This document shows, piece by piece, positions 26,238-36,103 of a DNA stretch of 64,000 nt. The notes below the pieces were generated by a model, which did no database searches, was not told where the DNA came from, and worked only from the letters and a program-made list of their open reading frames with translations. Made by a program: the position numbers and the translations under genes. Numbering within the stretch: the stretch's first letter is position 1; the number at the start of each line of letters is the position of its first letter. The DNA comes from a virus (taxonomy: Duplodnaviria; Caudoviricetes): positions 661-64,660 of IMG/VR virus record IMGVR_UViG_3300024916_000029. One strand, given 5' to 3'.

Positions 26238-27284
26238 ATGGCCACTTCCCCCCAGGGCAAGAAGCCCGCACCCCGCAAGACCCCGCCGAAGCCAGCCGCC
26301 TCGCCTGTAGCCCGTAAGAAGGCCGCAGGCAAAGCCGCGCCTGCGCCGAAGGCTCCCCCCGCACCAGCGAAGAAGGCGCCGGCCAAGAAGGCGCCAGCGC
26401 CCCGCGTGAAGGCCGCAGCGCCAGTGAAGCGCGTGAAGGGCGCCGAGCGGAAGAAGGCGCCAGCACGCCCAGCACCAGCACCGGCAGAGCCGTCCAAGGT
26501 CGATGCCCGCGAGAGTGCCTTGACGGAAAAGCAGCAGCGCTTTGTCGAGGAATACATGGTGGACCTGAACGCCACCCAGGCCGCGATCCGTGCCGGGTAC
26601 AGCGCGAACACCGCAGCGGAGCAGGGCTACGACCACCTCAGAAAACCTCAGATTCAGCTCGCCATTGCGCAAGCCCGCCGAGAGCAGCAGGCGCGCACCG
26701 CCATCACGGCAGACCTGGTGCTGATGCGGATCGCCGATATCGCACTGGCCGACCCGCGCGAGCTGGTGGAGGTGAAAACCGGCTGCTGCCGCTGTTGCTA
26801 TGGCGAGGGCCACAAGTTCCAGCGCACCGTGGGCGAGATGAACCGCGACCGCGAGTTGTGGATCGACAAGGGTAAGAACCCAGCAGAGTTCGATCACGCT
26901 GGCGGCATCGGCTTCAACCCCTTGCTGCTGCCGGTGCATGACTGCCCGGAGTGCGGAGGCGATGGCCAGGCGCGCACCGTGCTCAAGGACACCCGCAACC
27001 TGAGCGCACGCGCTGCCGCGCTGTATGCCGGCGCCAAGCAGACCAAGTACGGCATTGAGGTGCTGACGCTTTCGCAAATGGACGCGCTGGAGAAGCTGGC
27101 GAAGTACGTTGGGCTCTACGAGAAGGACAACCAGCAGAAGACCGACCCGCTCGCATCGCTGCTGCACCGCATTGCCGCCGGCAACGGCAATGGCTTCAAG
27201 CCCGTAGCCGACGATCCCGAGGCGCCGCCAGCGTCTGGAACCAACTCCATCCTGCCACGGAGCGATGTAGATGGCGGCGCGTAA
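26238..27284 (+). CDS. terS: Terminase small subunit
   Basis: LTEKQQRFVEEYMVDLNATQAAIRAGYS; CCRCC..CPECGG; K/A/P-rich N-terminal tail. Confidence 0.92.
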   Translation: MATSPQGKKPAPRKTPPKPAASPVARKKAAGKAAPAPKAPPAPAKKAPAKKAPAPRVKAAAPVKRVKGAERKKAPARPAPAPAEPSKVDARESALTEKQQRFVEEYMVDLNATQAAIRAGYSANTAAEQGYDHLRKPQIQLAIAQARREQQARTAITADLVLMRIADIALADPRELVEVKTGCCRCCYGEGHKFQRTVGEMNRDRELWIDKGKNPAEFDHAGGIGFNPLLLPVHDCPECGGDGQARTVLKDTRNLSARAAALYAGAKQTKYGIEVLTLSQMDALEKLAKYVGLYEKDNQQKTDPLASLLHRIAAGNGNGFKPVADDPEAPPASGTNSILPRSDVDGGA

Positions 27285-29031
27285 GCAGCCTATCGCCGAA
27301 CGGGCGGACGCAGGCACCCTGGAGGAGGACGATGGCGTCCTGGATGTCGAGTCCGGGCGCGCCGTCGATGAACAGCTGGTCCACCGATGGGACAAGCCGC
27401 GCCGCCGCGCGCGTGGTGGGCCACACATCGCCGCGCACCCGTCCGTCCTGCCCGCAGACGAAGCAGAGCTCGAGCGCTGCCTGCGTGACCCGGAGTGGCG
27501 GCTGTTCAGCGGCTGCCTGTACCAGATCATCGTCAAGGGCGAGCCGATCAAGAACGAGCAGGGCGAGACGGTGGAGGAGGGCGAATCGTTCGTCATGCCG
27601 TTCAAGCCCAACCGCGCCCAGCGCCGGTTCATCCTGCGCCTTTGGCACCGCAACCTGATCCTGAAGGCGCGCCAGCTCGGCTTCACCACCCTGATCGCCA
27701 TCATGTGGCTAGACCACGCACTGTTCAACGGCAACCAGCGTTGCGGGATGATCGCCCAGGACCGGGAGACGGCAGAGGCCATCTTCCGCGACAAGGTTGT
27801 ATTCGCCTACGACCACCTGCCCGAGGAGATACGCCAGCGCTTTCCGCTCGCGCGCGCCAGCACCAAGGAGCTGCTGTTTGCCCACAACAACAGCAGCTTG
27901 CGTGTGGCCACCTCGGTACGCGGCGGCACGATCCACCGGCTGCACGTCAGCGAGTTTGGCAAGATCTGCGCGAAGTTTCCGCACAAGGCCGTGGAGGTGG
28001 TCACGGGATCGTTCCAAGCGGTGCCTCTGTCCGGGATCATCGTGGTGGAAAGCACGGCCGAAGGTCAGGACGGCGAGTTCTACAAGATGTGCCAGCGCGC
28101 TCAGGCGCTGGTTTCCGGCAAGGGACGGCTGACGGCCTCCCAATACCGCTTCCACTTCTACGCCTGGTGGCAGGACCCGTCCTACCGGATGGACGCGGCC
28201 AGCGTGACTATCAGCCGGGAGCAGCACGACTACTTCGATGAGGTCGAGCAGCTGATGGGCTGCACCATCGACTCAGGGCAGCGGGCCTGGTATGTCGAGA
28301 AGCTGAACAACGATTTCGCGGGGGCCGAGGACCAGATGTGGCGGGAATACCCGTCCACGCCCCAGGAGGCTTTCCAGCAGTCCACCAAGGGCAACTACTA
28401 CGCAGCGCAGTTGGTGCTGGTGCGCAAGCGCGGCGGTATCACCACGCTGCCCGTGCTCGATGCGCCTGTGTTCACGTTCTGGGACATCGGGGCGAGCGAC
28501 GGCACCGCCATCTGGTTCATGCAGCTCGTGCAGGACGGCGGGCGGGATCATTTCATCGACTACTACGAGGAGCACGATGAGGATCTACGGCACTACGCCG
28601 CCGAGCTCCAGAAGCGGGGCTACATCTACGGTGGCCACTTCCTGCCCCATGACGCCGACCACAAGAAGCTGGGTGACTACAACAAGTCTGTGAAGGAGCA
28701 GCTGCAGGGGCTTCTGCCCGGGCACAAGTTCTTCATCGTGCCCCGTGTCACCGAGCTGATGACTGGGGTTCACACCACCCGCAAGCACTTCAAGTCTGCC
28801 TGGTTCGACCTGGAGGGGACCAAGCATGGGGTGGAGCGCCTGGCGCACTACAAGAAGAAGTACAGCACGGCCGAGGCGCGATACCTCGATTCCACCCCCG
28901 ACAAGAGCAACGGCTGCAGCGAAGGCGCAGACGCATTCCGCCAGTGGGCCCAGGCCAAGGAGCTGAACCTGCTGGCATCCATGAGCGACCAGGGCGGCTA
29001 TGTCGAGGCACCCGCACCTGTCTGTTACTGA
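27271..29031 (+). CDS. terL: Terminase large subunit
   Basis: Walker A ILKARQLGFTT, Walker B LHVSE, VESTAEG, nuclease WDIG..D and GADAFR. Confidence 0.95.
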   Translation: MAARKQPIAERADAGTLEEDDGVLDVESGRAVDEQLVHRWDKPRRRARGGPHIAAHPSVLPADEAELERCLRDPEWRLFSGCLYQIIVKGEPIKNEQGETVEEGESFVMPFKPNRAQRRFILRLWHRNLILKARQLGFTTLIAIMWLDHALFNGNQRCGMIAQDRETAEAIFRDKVVFAYDHLPEEIRQRFPLARASTKELLFAHNNSSLRVATSVRGGTIHRLHVSEFGKICAKFPHKAVEVVTGSFQAVPLSGIIVVESTAEGQDGEFYKMCQRAQALVSGKGRLTASQYRFHFYAWWQDPSYRMDAASVTISREQHDYFDEVEQLMGCTIDSGQRAWYVEKLNNDFAGAEDQMWREYPSTPQEAFQQSTKGNYYAAQLVLVRKRGGITTLPVLDAPVFTFWDIGASDGTAIWFMQLVQDGGRDHFIDYYEEHDEDLRHYAAELQKRGYIYGGHFLPHDADHKKLGDYNKSVKEQLQGLLPGHKFFIVPRVTELMTGVHTTRKHFKSAWFDLEGTKHGVERLAHYKKKYSTAEARYLDSTPDKSNGCSEGADAFRQWAQAKELNLLASMSDQGGYVEAPAPVCY

Positions 29032-29041
29032 GGACGAAACC

Positions 29042-31369
29042 ATGACTACCACCCAGATCAACGACGCAATCGACCCCGTGGACACGCCCGATGGTGACGT
29101 GCCACTGTCGCTGGCCGAGTACCGCGACATCCACGAGGAGATCGAACACCAGCCGAAGGAATGGCGCCGACACGCGGATAGGGAGATGGACTATGCCGAA
29201 GGCAATCAGCTCAAGACCGAACTGCTGCAGGCACAGCAGGCGCTGGGCATCCCTCCGTCGATGGAGAACCTTATTGGTGCGGCACTGGAAGGCATCCGTG
29301 GGTTTGAGGAGGCCACGCGCACGGACTGGCGTGTAACGCCCAATGGGCAGCCAGGCGGGCAGGACGTGGCGGATGCGCTGAGCTTCAAGTTGAACGAGGC
29401 TGAGCGCAACAGCCGTGCCGATGACGCCTGCTCCAAGGCCTTCTATCCTCAGATCGGGGTTGGCATGGGCTGGGTCGAGGTGTCGCGCAGCGATGACCCA
29501 TTCGGCTACCCCTACCAGTGCATTGCGATCAACCGCAATGAGATCCACTGGGACATGAGCGATCCGACCGATGATCTGCTTCTGCGCAATCGGTGGCTGC
29601 GCCGCCAGCGCTGGCTGCATCCTTCGCGCCTCGCGAGGGTTTTCCCAGAACACAAGGAGCTGATCCGCCGCTTCGGCAAGTCCGGCACGGCCTGGTGGAG
29701 CGAGTACGACGGTTCTGACTTGGGCGGCGCAAGTACGGGCCTCAATCGGGCATTTGACGTGGCGCGCGAGTGGACCACAGCCGAGGACCGCTGGTTCAAC
29801 CCGTTCAACAAGGAGGTGTGCACCACGGAGCTTTGGTACAGGCGCTGGACGGATGTGATCGTGCTCAAGAGCCCGGATGGTCGTGTGGTCGAGTACGACG
29901 GAAACAATCACGCGCATGTGCATGCCATCGCCAACAACCTGGTGCAGTTCCGCCGCGCCACTGTGGCCAAGATTCGCCGTTCCTACTGGCTTGGACCGCA
30001 CGTTCTCTTCGACGGCCCGACGCCCTACGCGCACCGGTTCTTCCCATACGTCCCGTTCTGGGGCTTCCGCGAGGACAACACCAACGTGCCTTTCGGGTAC
30101 ATCCGCAACATGCTCTATCAGCAGGACACGCTGAACTCGGGCAACTCGCGACTGCGCTGGGGCATGTCGGCGTTTCGCACTACGCGCACCAAGGGTGCTG
30201 TGGCCATGACCGATGACCAGTTCCGCCGCACCGTGGGGCGGCTGGATGCTGACGTGGTACTGGACCCCGCCCACATGGCGCAGGCTGGCGCCACATTCAA
30301 GGTGGAGCGCGACTACCAGATGAACGCCCAGCAACTGGAGATGCTGGCCAATGCCCGCCAGGCCATCGAGCGCGTGAACCCGGCGGCCGCCGCCGCGTTC
30401 TCTGGTCGTCGTGGGACGGCCACCAGTGGCGTGCAAGAAGACACGCAGGTGGCGCAGGCCAACCAGTCTCTGGCGCACATGATGGGCAACTTCAAGCGTG
30501 GACGCACCCAGGTAGGTGAGTTGCTGCTGTCGATGGTGGTTCAGGATCTGGGCACCGAGCAGCACACCATTGTCATTGAGGGAGATGCCGTGCGCGAAGA
30601 CCGCGTGGTGACTATCAACAAGCCCGAAGTGGACCCAGACAACGGCATCCCGTACCTGTCGAATGACCTGCAGCGCACGCGCTTGATGGTGTCGCTTGAA
30701 GACGTGCCCAGCACGCCCAGCTTTCGTGGTCAGCAGCTCAACGCCATGTCGGAAACGATCAAGTCCCTGCCACCCCAGTTCCAGGCGGCGGCCATGCCGT
30801 TCATGGCTTCCCTCATGAATGTGCCGTTCAAGCGGGAACTTGTGGAGGCGCTGCGCGCGGCCAGCGATCAGGAGTCGCCGGAGCAAGTCGAACAGCGCAT
30901 CAAGCAGGCGGTGCAGGACGCACTCAAGCAGGCGGGCAATGACCTCAAGGCGCGCGAGCTGGATATGAAGGAGCGTCTTACCGAGGCCCAGATCAAGCAG
31001 ATCATGGCCCAGGCGGTGCAGACCGGCGTGCAGGCGGCATTCAGTGCAATGCAAGGCGGTGCGCAGGTGGCGCAGATGCCGATGATTGCCCCCATTGCCG
31101 ACGCGATCATGCAAGGGGCCGGCTATCAGCGGCCCACCCCCGGCGGCGACGATCCGAATTTTCCGACCCCGGGCACTACGGCGGCGATGAACATCAAGCA
31201 CCCATACATCCAGGACGGCGGCGCTGCGGCGGCGGTTCCTGAGCCAGAGGCTGATGCGGCTCCAGAGGTGCGGGCGAATACCAGCCCGGCATTCCCGCCA
31301 GTGCCGCAGGACGCAGGGCAGGGTTTGGATGGCATCGAAACGCCGGCCGTGACAGACAACCTGGCGTGA
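29042..31369 (+). CDS. Portal protein (P22/933W-like)
   Basis: About 775 aa after terL; DYAEGNQ, FPYVPFWG, GYIRNM..QD.LN. Confidence 0.9.
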   Translation: MTTTQINDAIDPVDTPDGDVPLSLAEYRDIHEEIEHQPKEWRRHADREMDYAEGNQLKTELLQAQQALGIPPSMENLIGAALEGIRGFEEATRTDWRVTPNGQPGGQDVADALSFKLNEAERNSRADDACSKAFYPQIGVGMGWVEVSRSDDPFGYPYQCIAINRNEIHWDMSDPTDDLLLRNRWLRRQRWLHPSRLARVFPEHKELIRRFGKSGTAWWSEYDGSDLGGASTGLNRAFDVAREWTTAEDRWFNPFNKEVCTTELWYRRWTDVIVLKSPDGRVVEYDGNNHAHVHAIANNLVQFRRATVAKIRRSYWLGPHVLFDGPTPYAHRFFPYVPFWGFREDNTNVPFGYIRNMLYQQDTLNSGNSRLRWGMSAFRTTRTKGAVAMTDDQFRRTVGRLDADVVLDPAHMAQAGATFKVERDYQMNAQQLEMLANARQAIERVNPAAAAAFSGRRGTATSGVQEDTQVAQANQSLAHMMGNFKRGRTQVGELLLSMVVQDLGTEQHTIVIEGDAVREDRVVTINKPEVDPDNGIPYLSNDLQRTRLMVSLEDVPSTPSFRGQQLNAMSETIKSLPPQFQAAAMPFMASLMNVPFKRELVEALRAASDQESPEQVEQRIKQAVQDALKQAGNDLKARELDMKERLTEAQIKQIMAQAVQTGVQAAFSAMQGGAQVAQMPMIAPIADAIMQGAGYQRPTPGGDDPNFPTPGTTAAMNIKHPYIQDGGAAAAVPEPEADAAPEVRANTSPAFPPVPQDAGQGLDGIETPAVTDNLA

Positions 31370-31375
31370 GCACAG

Positions 31376-31412
31376 CATAGGGCGCGGCGATCTGGCCCGG
31401 CGGGATGACTAT
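31376..31412 (+). promoter_or_regulatory. Late promoter motif copy 2
   Basis: CATAGGG-N24-GACTAT. Confidence 0.65.
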
Positions 31413-31476
31413 GGGAATTCCCCGCCAACGACTAGGGGTTCCGCCGCAGCAACGGCACCCACACTGGAGTATTGCC

Positions 31477-31752
31477 ATGTCCCGTTCCCTTATCGCCATC
31501 GCCCTCATTGCCGCTGCCGGCGCATTCGCTTCCGTCGCCATCGCCTCGCGCGATTGCGTGGTGTCCGCCGTGCACCGCGCCTGGGATTTCGTGCTCGATT
31601 GCGTCGCGCCCCAGGCCCGCGAGCAGCCCGTTGCTGTGAGCGACCGCAATCCGAGCGTTCTGCTGGTGGCAGCCAAGGCATTCGCCCTGCGCCTGGGCAA
31701 GCGTGAGCGCCCCCGCGTGACGCCGATGTGGCGCATGTGCCCGTCCACCTGA
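31477..31752 (+). CDS. Hypothetical protein with hydrophobic N-terminus
   Basis: RBS GGAG; has its own promoter motif and terminator. Confidence 0.72.
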   Translation: MSRSLIAIALIAAAGAFASVAIASRDCVVSAVHRAWDFVLDCVAPQAREQPVAVSDRNPSVLLVAAKAFALRLGKRERPRVTPMWRMCPST

Positions 31753-31774
31753 CCGCGCCAGCGCCACCCGATAG

Positions 31775-31798
31775 AGCCGCCACCGAGGCGGCTTTTTC
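31775..31798 (+). terminator. Intrinsic terminator
   Basis: AGCCGCC-loop-GGCGGCT TTTT. Confidence 0.8.
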
Positions 31799-31810
31799 AT
31801 GCCGGCCCGG

Positions 31811-31847
31811 TATAGGGCAGAGGGATTTCGCTGCCCGCTTTGACACT
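31811..31847 (+). promoter_or_regulatory. Late promoter motif copy 3 (scaffold/capsid)
   Basis: TATAGGG-N24-GACACT. Confidence 0.75.
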
Positions 31848-31992
31848 TCACTCCAAGCGATTGCGCGCAGGTGCAACGCGAAGCCCAGGGCGCGAAAGCG
31901 CTATGGATTCAAGAGCAGATGGCGCAATTCCCAAGGGGGTTGCACCGTCTTGCTGGCCCCATGCGGCCACGGCGATATGTGGCGGGACAGGC

Positions 31993-33048
31993 ATGACGAC
32001 ATCACAAGAGAGTTTCTACGGCGGCATCAGCGGTCCTCTGACTGCGGAGCAGGCACTCCAGGCTTTGGCCATGGAGGATACGGGCGATACCACGACCGCA
32101 GGCGCGGCCGAGGAACCCGGTGGCGCGCCCACGACCACCACTGCACCTGGCACCACGACTACTGCAGCCGACACCACGACCGAACAGAAGCAGGGCGATC
32201 CTGCGGCAAACCAATCCGGCGGCGCTCAAGCCATTCCCGAAGACCAGCAGACCGCGGCGAACACCGTGATCCTGGCAAAGGACGGCAAGCACACCATCGG
32301 CTTCGAGAAGCTGCAGGAGGCCCGGCAACAGCGCGACGAGTTCAAAGCCGCAGCAGACAGCGCCCAGCAACAGCTGGCAGCGCTGCAGGCTGCAGCCCAG
32401 GGCCGAGTGGACGCAGGTCAGGCGCCGACCAAGACCGACAACATGGCCGCGACTGCAGCTGCGGCCATCGACGCGGGCGCGGATGTGAGCCTGTTCGGCG
32501 ACTTCTCCGAGGCGGCGCTGGCAGATGGCATTTCCAAGCTGGTTGCTCAGCAAGTAGCGGCTCAGGTCCAAGCCCAAGTGGCCAAGGCTGTTGAGCCGAT
32601 GCAGGCGAAGCACCAGCAGGACGCGACATCCTCGCACTACGGGGCCATCTACGAGGCGCACCCCAATGCGGATTCCATGGTTCAGAGCCAGGAGTTCAAG
32701 GCGTGGGTTGACGCGCACCCGAGCGCTGTCCGCAATGCCTATTGGGATCTGTTCGACGGTCAGAAGGGCGGCACCAGCGCCCAGATCGTGGAGGTGTTCG
32801 ATGCCTTCAAGGCAGCGACGACGAAACCCTCACCTCAACCCGCCGCGGACGCCAAGACCGCGGCAAAAGCGGCCACGGATGGCGCGCGCACCGAACCCCC
32901 TTCGAGCCTGTCCAGCATTCCTGGCGGGCGCGCAAGCGGCACCTCGGCGCTCGATGCCACTGCGGACATGAGCGGCCCAGAAATGATGCAGGCAACGGCA
33001 GGAATGTCGCCCGCTCAGATCGAGGCCTGGCTGAACAAGCAAATCTGA
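31993..33048 (+). CDS. Capsid scaffolding protein
   Basis: Acidic, Ala-rich coiled protein just before the capsid gene; ILAKDGKHTI. Confidence 0.8.
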   Translation: MTTSQESFYGGISGPLTAEQALQALAMEDTGDTTTAGAAEEPGGAPTTTTAPGTTTTAADTTTEQKQGDPAANQSGGAQAIPEDQQTAANTVILAKDGKHTIGFEKLQEARQQRDEFKAAADSAQQQLAALQAAAQGRVDAGQAPTKTDNMAATAAAAIDAGADVSLFGDFSEAALADGISKLVAQQVAAQVQAQVAKAVEPMQAKHQQDATSSHYGAIYEAHPNADSMVQSQEFKAWVDAHPSAVRNAYWDLFDGQKGGTSAQIVEVFDAFKAATTKPSPQPAADAKTAAKAATDGARTEPPSSLSSIPGGRASGTSALDATADMSGPEMMQATAGMSPAQIEAWLNKQI

Positions 33049-33058
33049 GGAGATTGAC

Positions 33059-34351
33059 GTGGATACCAAGACCAACGTCCCCTACGGCGCCCAGGGCGCC
33101 ATGATCCAGCAGGCCGTGGGCGTGTTCCATACCTGCACCCAGCGCAACACGCAAATGCGTCACCTGACGGGCGATATGCCAAAGGTCGATGCTGCTGTGG
33201 CCGCTGCCAAGGGCAACCAGTCGAAGACCTCCATGCCCATCGTGCGGGCCGACAACCTCACGAAGAACAAGGGTGACGAGGTGACCTTCCACCTGGACAA
33301 CCCAATCGGCGCGTACCCGATCATGGGTAGCGAGCACGCCGAGGGCCGCGGCACGGGCATGTCCTATTCCGAGGACAAGCTGCGCGTGAGCCAGGCGCGG
33401 TTCCCCATCGACATGGGTAACACCATGACGCAGATCCGCAGCCCGTTCGACATGCGCCGCATGGGCCGCCCCAAGGCCCAGAAGCTGATGAACCAGTACA
33501 TGGACCAGTCCATCCAGGTGCACCTGGCTGGCGCGCGCGGCTTCCACGACCACAAGATCGAGTGGACGGTTCCTGTGGCATCCCACCCCAAGTTCGCCGA
33601 CATCATGGTGAATCGGGTGAAGGCGCCCACCAAGAACCGTCACCTCGTCGCAGGCGGCGGCACTATTGGCGAGCTCAAGGTGAACGCGGGCGAGCTGGTC
33701 ATTTCCACCACGGATGCACTGTCCATGGACGTGCTGGATTCCGTGCGCGAATGGGGCGACACCGTGGCGCTGCCTCCACCTCCCGTGGAATTCGACAACG
33801 ACCAGGCCGCGACCGACAGCCCGATCCGCGTGTTCATGGCCTCTGCCGCGCAGTACAGCCAGTTCGCTACGGACCCGGCATTCCGCGCGTTCCAGGCCAA
33901 TGCACATGCCCGTGCCCGCCTTGCCAAGGACCACCCGCTGTTCCTGGGCGACGCCGGTCTGTGGAACGGCATCTTGATCATCAAGAACCCGAAGCCCATC
34001 CGCTTCTACGCTGGCGATGCGATCAAGTATTGCGCCGCCTATGACAGCGAGGCTGAATCGTCTTGCCTGGTGCCTGCGGCGTTCGGCGACCAGTTCGCGG
34101 TGGACCGCGGCCTGCTGCTGGGTGGACAGGCCTTGGCCCAAGCGTTCGGTGCTTCCGAGCACTCGGGCATCCCCTTCTTCTGGAGCGAAGAGAAGGGCGA
34201 TCACGGCGACAAGATGGAAATCCTGATCGGCGCAATTCTGGGCATGTCGAAGATCCGCTTCGCGGTGGACCACGGCGACCACAAGGAATTCACGGACCAC
34301 GGCGTGACCGTCGTGGATACCGCCGTGAAGATCATGAAGCCCCGCTTCTGA
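33059..34351 (+). CDS. Major capsid protein (N4-gp56/DUF4043-like)
   Basis: GTG with GAGGAG RBS; KGDEVTF, HLAGARG, LFLGDAGLWNGILI, DHGVTVVDTAV. Confidence 0.9.
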   Translation: MDTKTNVPYGAQGAMIQQAVGVFHTCTQRNTQMRHLTGDMPKVDAAVAAAKGNQSKTSMPIVRADNLTKNKGDEVTFHLDNPIGAYPIMGSEHAEGRGTGMSYSEDKLRVSQARFPIDMGNTMTQIRSPFDMRRMGRPKAQKLMNQYMDQSIQVHLAGARGFHDHKIEWTVPVASHPKFADIMVNRVKAPTKNRHLVAGGGTIGELKVNAGELVISTTDALSMDVLDSVREWGDTVALPPPPVEFDNDQAATDSPIRVFMASAAQYSQFATDPAFRAFQANAHARARLAKDHPLFLGDAGLWNGILIIKNPKPIRFYAGDAIKYCAAYDSEAESSCLVPAAFGDQFAVDRGLLLGGQALAQAFGASEHSGIPFFWSEEKGDHGDKMEILIGAILGMSKIRFAVDHGDHKEFTDHGVTVVDTAVKIMKPRF

Positions 34352-34418
34352 CGCCCCAGGGGCCGGCACCAGCCGGTGCTGGCCCTGATCCCACTTCACT
34401 CAATTTCTGGAGGCAGAC

Positions 34419-34898
34419 ATGCCCACCATCACGAAGAAGCATATCGGCGATCAGCAGTTCGGCGGCTTCACGCCCTACGGCAACATCACCAACTACCGCG
34501 CCACGCTGCAGACCACTGCAACGGGGGCCGTGGCCGATTCCGACTCGAGCGCCCAGGCGGCCGTCAACGATGTCATCCGCCTGCAGAAGATGCCCGCGGG
34601 CTACGAGCTGCAGGACGCTCAGATCATCATTTCCGACCACTTCGGTGCCGGTGTAACGGGTTCCCTGGGCTTCCTGTACGCCGATGGCGTGGACTCCAGC
34701 GACGTGGCGCAGGACGCTGCCTATTTTGGCGCCGGCCTTGTGCTGAGCGCTGCGGCCCGCCTGCGCACCGCGAGCTCCAAGGTACCGGTGAAGCTCCCCA
34801 AGGAAGCGTATCTGGTGCTGACGGTCACGGGCGCTGCGGTGGCGGAAGTTGGCCGTGCCGACTTCATCGTCAGCGGCGAACGCTTCGGTCCGAAGTAA
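34419..34898 (+). CDS. Putative capsid decoration protein
   Basis: Beta-rich 159 aa protein after the capsid gene. Confidence 0.7.
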   Translation: MPTITKKHIGDQQFGGFTPYGNITNYRATLQTTATGAVADSDSSAQAAVNDVIRLQKMPAGYELQDAQIIISDHFGAGVTGSLGFLYADGVDSSDVAQDAAYFGAGLVLSAAARLRTASSKVPVKLPKEAYLVLTVTGAAVAEVGRADFIVSGERFGPK

Positions 34899-34964
34899 TC
34901 GGCCATGCCGTAGGCGGACGGGGACTTGCGCCCCGTCCATCACGCCACATCACCAGGAACTGCC

Positions 34965-35429
34965 ATGACCAAGATCCAGGGCATCGCCGTGACCTACACC
35001 GGCCGCGACGATCCTTTCATTGACCGCATCTACCGCTCGGGCCTCACGTTCACCAACGGCCAGAGCCGCACGGTTCCGCCCACGTTGGCCGAGCGCTTCC
35101 TGCGCCACGCCGATGTGTTTGAGCGCACGAAGGGCTCTGCGGAGCTGACCGCAGATGTATCGAATGGCGCCACGAAGGCGCCGCCGAACGAAGTCCTCTC
35201 GAAGGACGACACCCAGCAACTGCTGGACGCTGCCCAGAATAACCAGGACGCCCGCCGGGTGGAGGAGGAGGCCCGCTTCGCCTTGCTGGACCAGATCGAC
35301 AGCATGGACAAGCCCGCTCTCATCACCTGGGCCCAGGATAAGTTCAAGCAGAAGATCCCGGGCAATCTGGGTGAAGCCAAGGTGCGCGAGCGCGTCAAGG
35401 CCTTTGTTGACCAGTACGGCATGCCATGA
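34965..35429 (+). CDS. Virion morphogenesis protein
   Basis: Position; coupled to the next gene. Confidence 0.72.
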   Translation: MTKIQGIAVTYTGRDDPFIDRIYRSGLTFTNGQSRTVPPTLAERFLRHADVFERTKGSAELTADVSNGATKAPPNEVLSKDDTQQLLDAAQNNQDARRVEEEARFALLDQIDSMDKPALITWAQDKFKQKIPGNLGEAKVRERVKAFVDQYGMP

Positions 35430-36094
35430 CCCTTGAAGACCTGATCCGCCGTTTCCGCGTCCTGGCGGATGACAAGGAGCAACCTGTCTTCTGGCCCGAC
35501 GAGGTGGTGACGGACTGGCTCAACGACGCCCAGGCGCAGGCCTGCGTGCGCGGGCGCTTGCTGCGCGAGGACGCGAACCCGGTTGTGTGCCAGATCGCGC
35601 TCACGCCTGGCCAGCACACCTACAGGCTGCACCCATCGATCTACGAGCTGATCCACCTGCGCATCGAGGGCGCCGGGACCGAGCGCCCGCGCACCATGCA
35701 CCTGCGTTCGCGCGAGTGGCTGAGCGAGAACGAGCCCGGCTGGCGCACGTTGGACGAGCCCAGCTGCTGGGCCATCCAAGATGACACCACCCTCCGCGTG
35801 GTGGGCGCCATCAAGGCCGGCGAGGTGCTGCACCTGGAGTGCCAGCGCCTGCCGCTCAAGCGGCTCGCCAACGACATGGACAAGCCGGAAATCCACGCTG
35901 CGCACCACGAGCACCTGATTGATTGGGCTCTGTTCAAGGCGTTCAGCGTGCCGGACGCGGATGCGTTCGACCCGCAGCGCGCAAAGCAGGCCGAAGACGT
36001 CTTCACGGCCTACTTCGGCCGCCAGCCCGACAGCGACATGCGCCGCATCACGCGCGAGGACGTGGCGCACCACAACGTGGCCATCCTGCCGTAG
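35426..36094 (+). CDS. Head-tail adaptor-like protein
   Basis: FWPDEVVTDWLNDAQ...PEIHAAHHEHLIDWALFKAF. Confidence 0.78.
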   Translation: MTLEDLIRRFRVLADDKEQPVFWPDEVVTDWLNDAQAQACVRGRLLREDANPVVCQIALTPGQHTYRLHPSIYELIHLRIEGAGTERPRTMHLRSREWLSENEPGWRTLDEPSCWAIQDDTTLRVVGAIKAGEVLHLECQRLPLKRLANDMDKPEIHAAHHEHLIDWALFKAFSVPDADAFDPQRAKQAEDVFTAYFGRQPDSDMRRITREDVAHHNVAILP

Positions 36095-36103
36095 GGGCGC
36101 GCC

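Noticed and set aside
31885-31916. Eighth copy of the GCTAT-N7 repeat
   Set aside because: The spacing from GCGC is 6 rather than 5 nt and it fits the leader hairpin equally well, so it was not counted.
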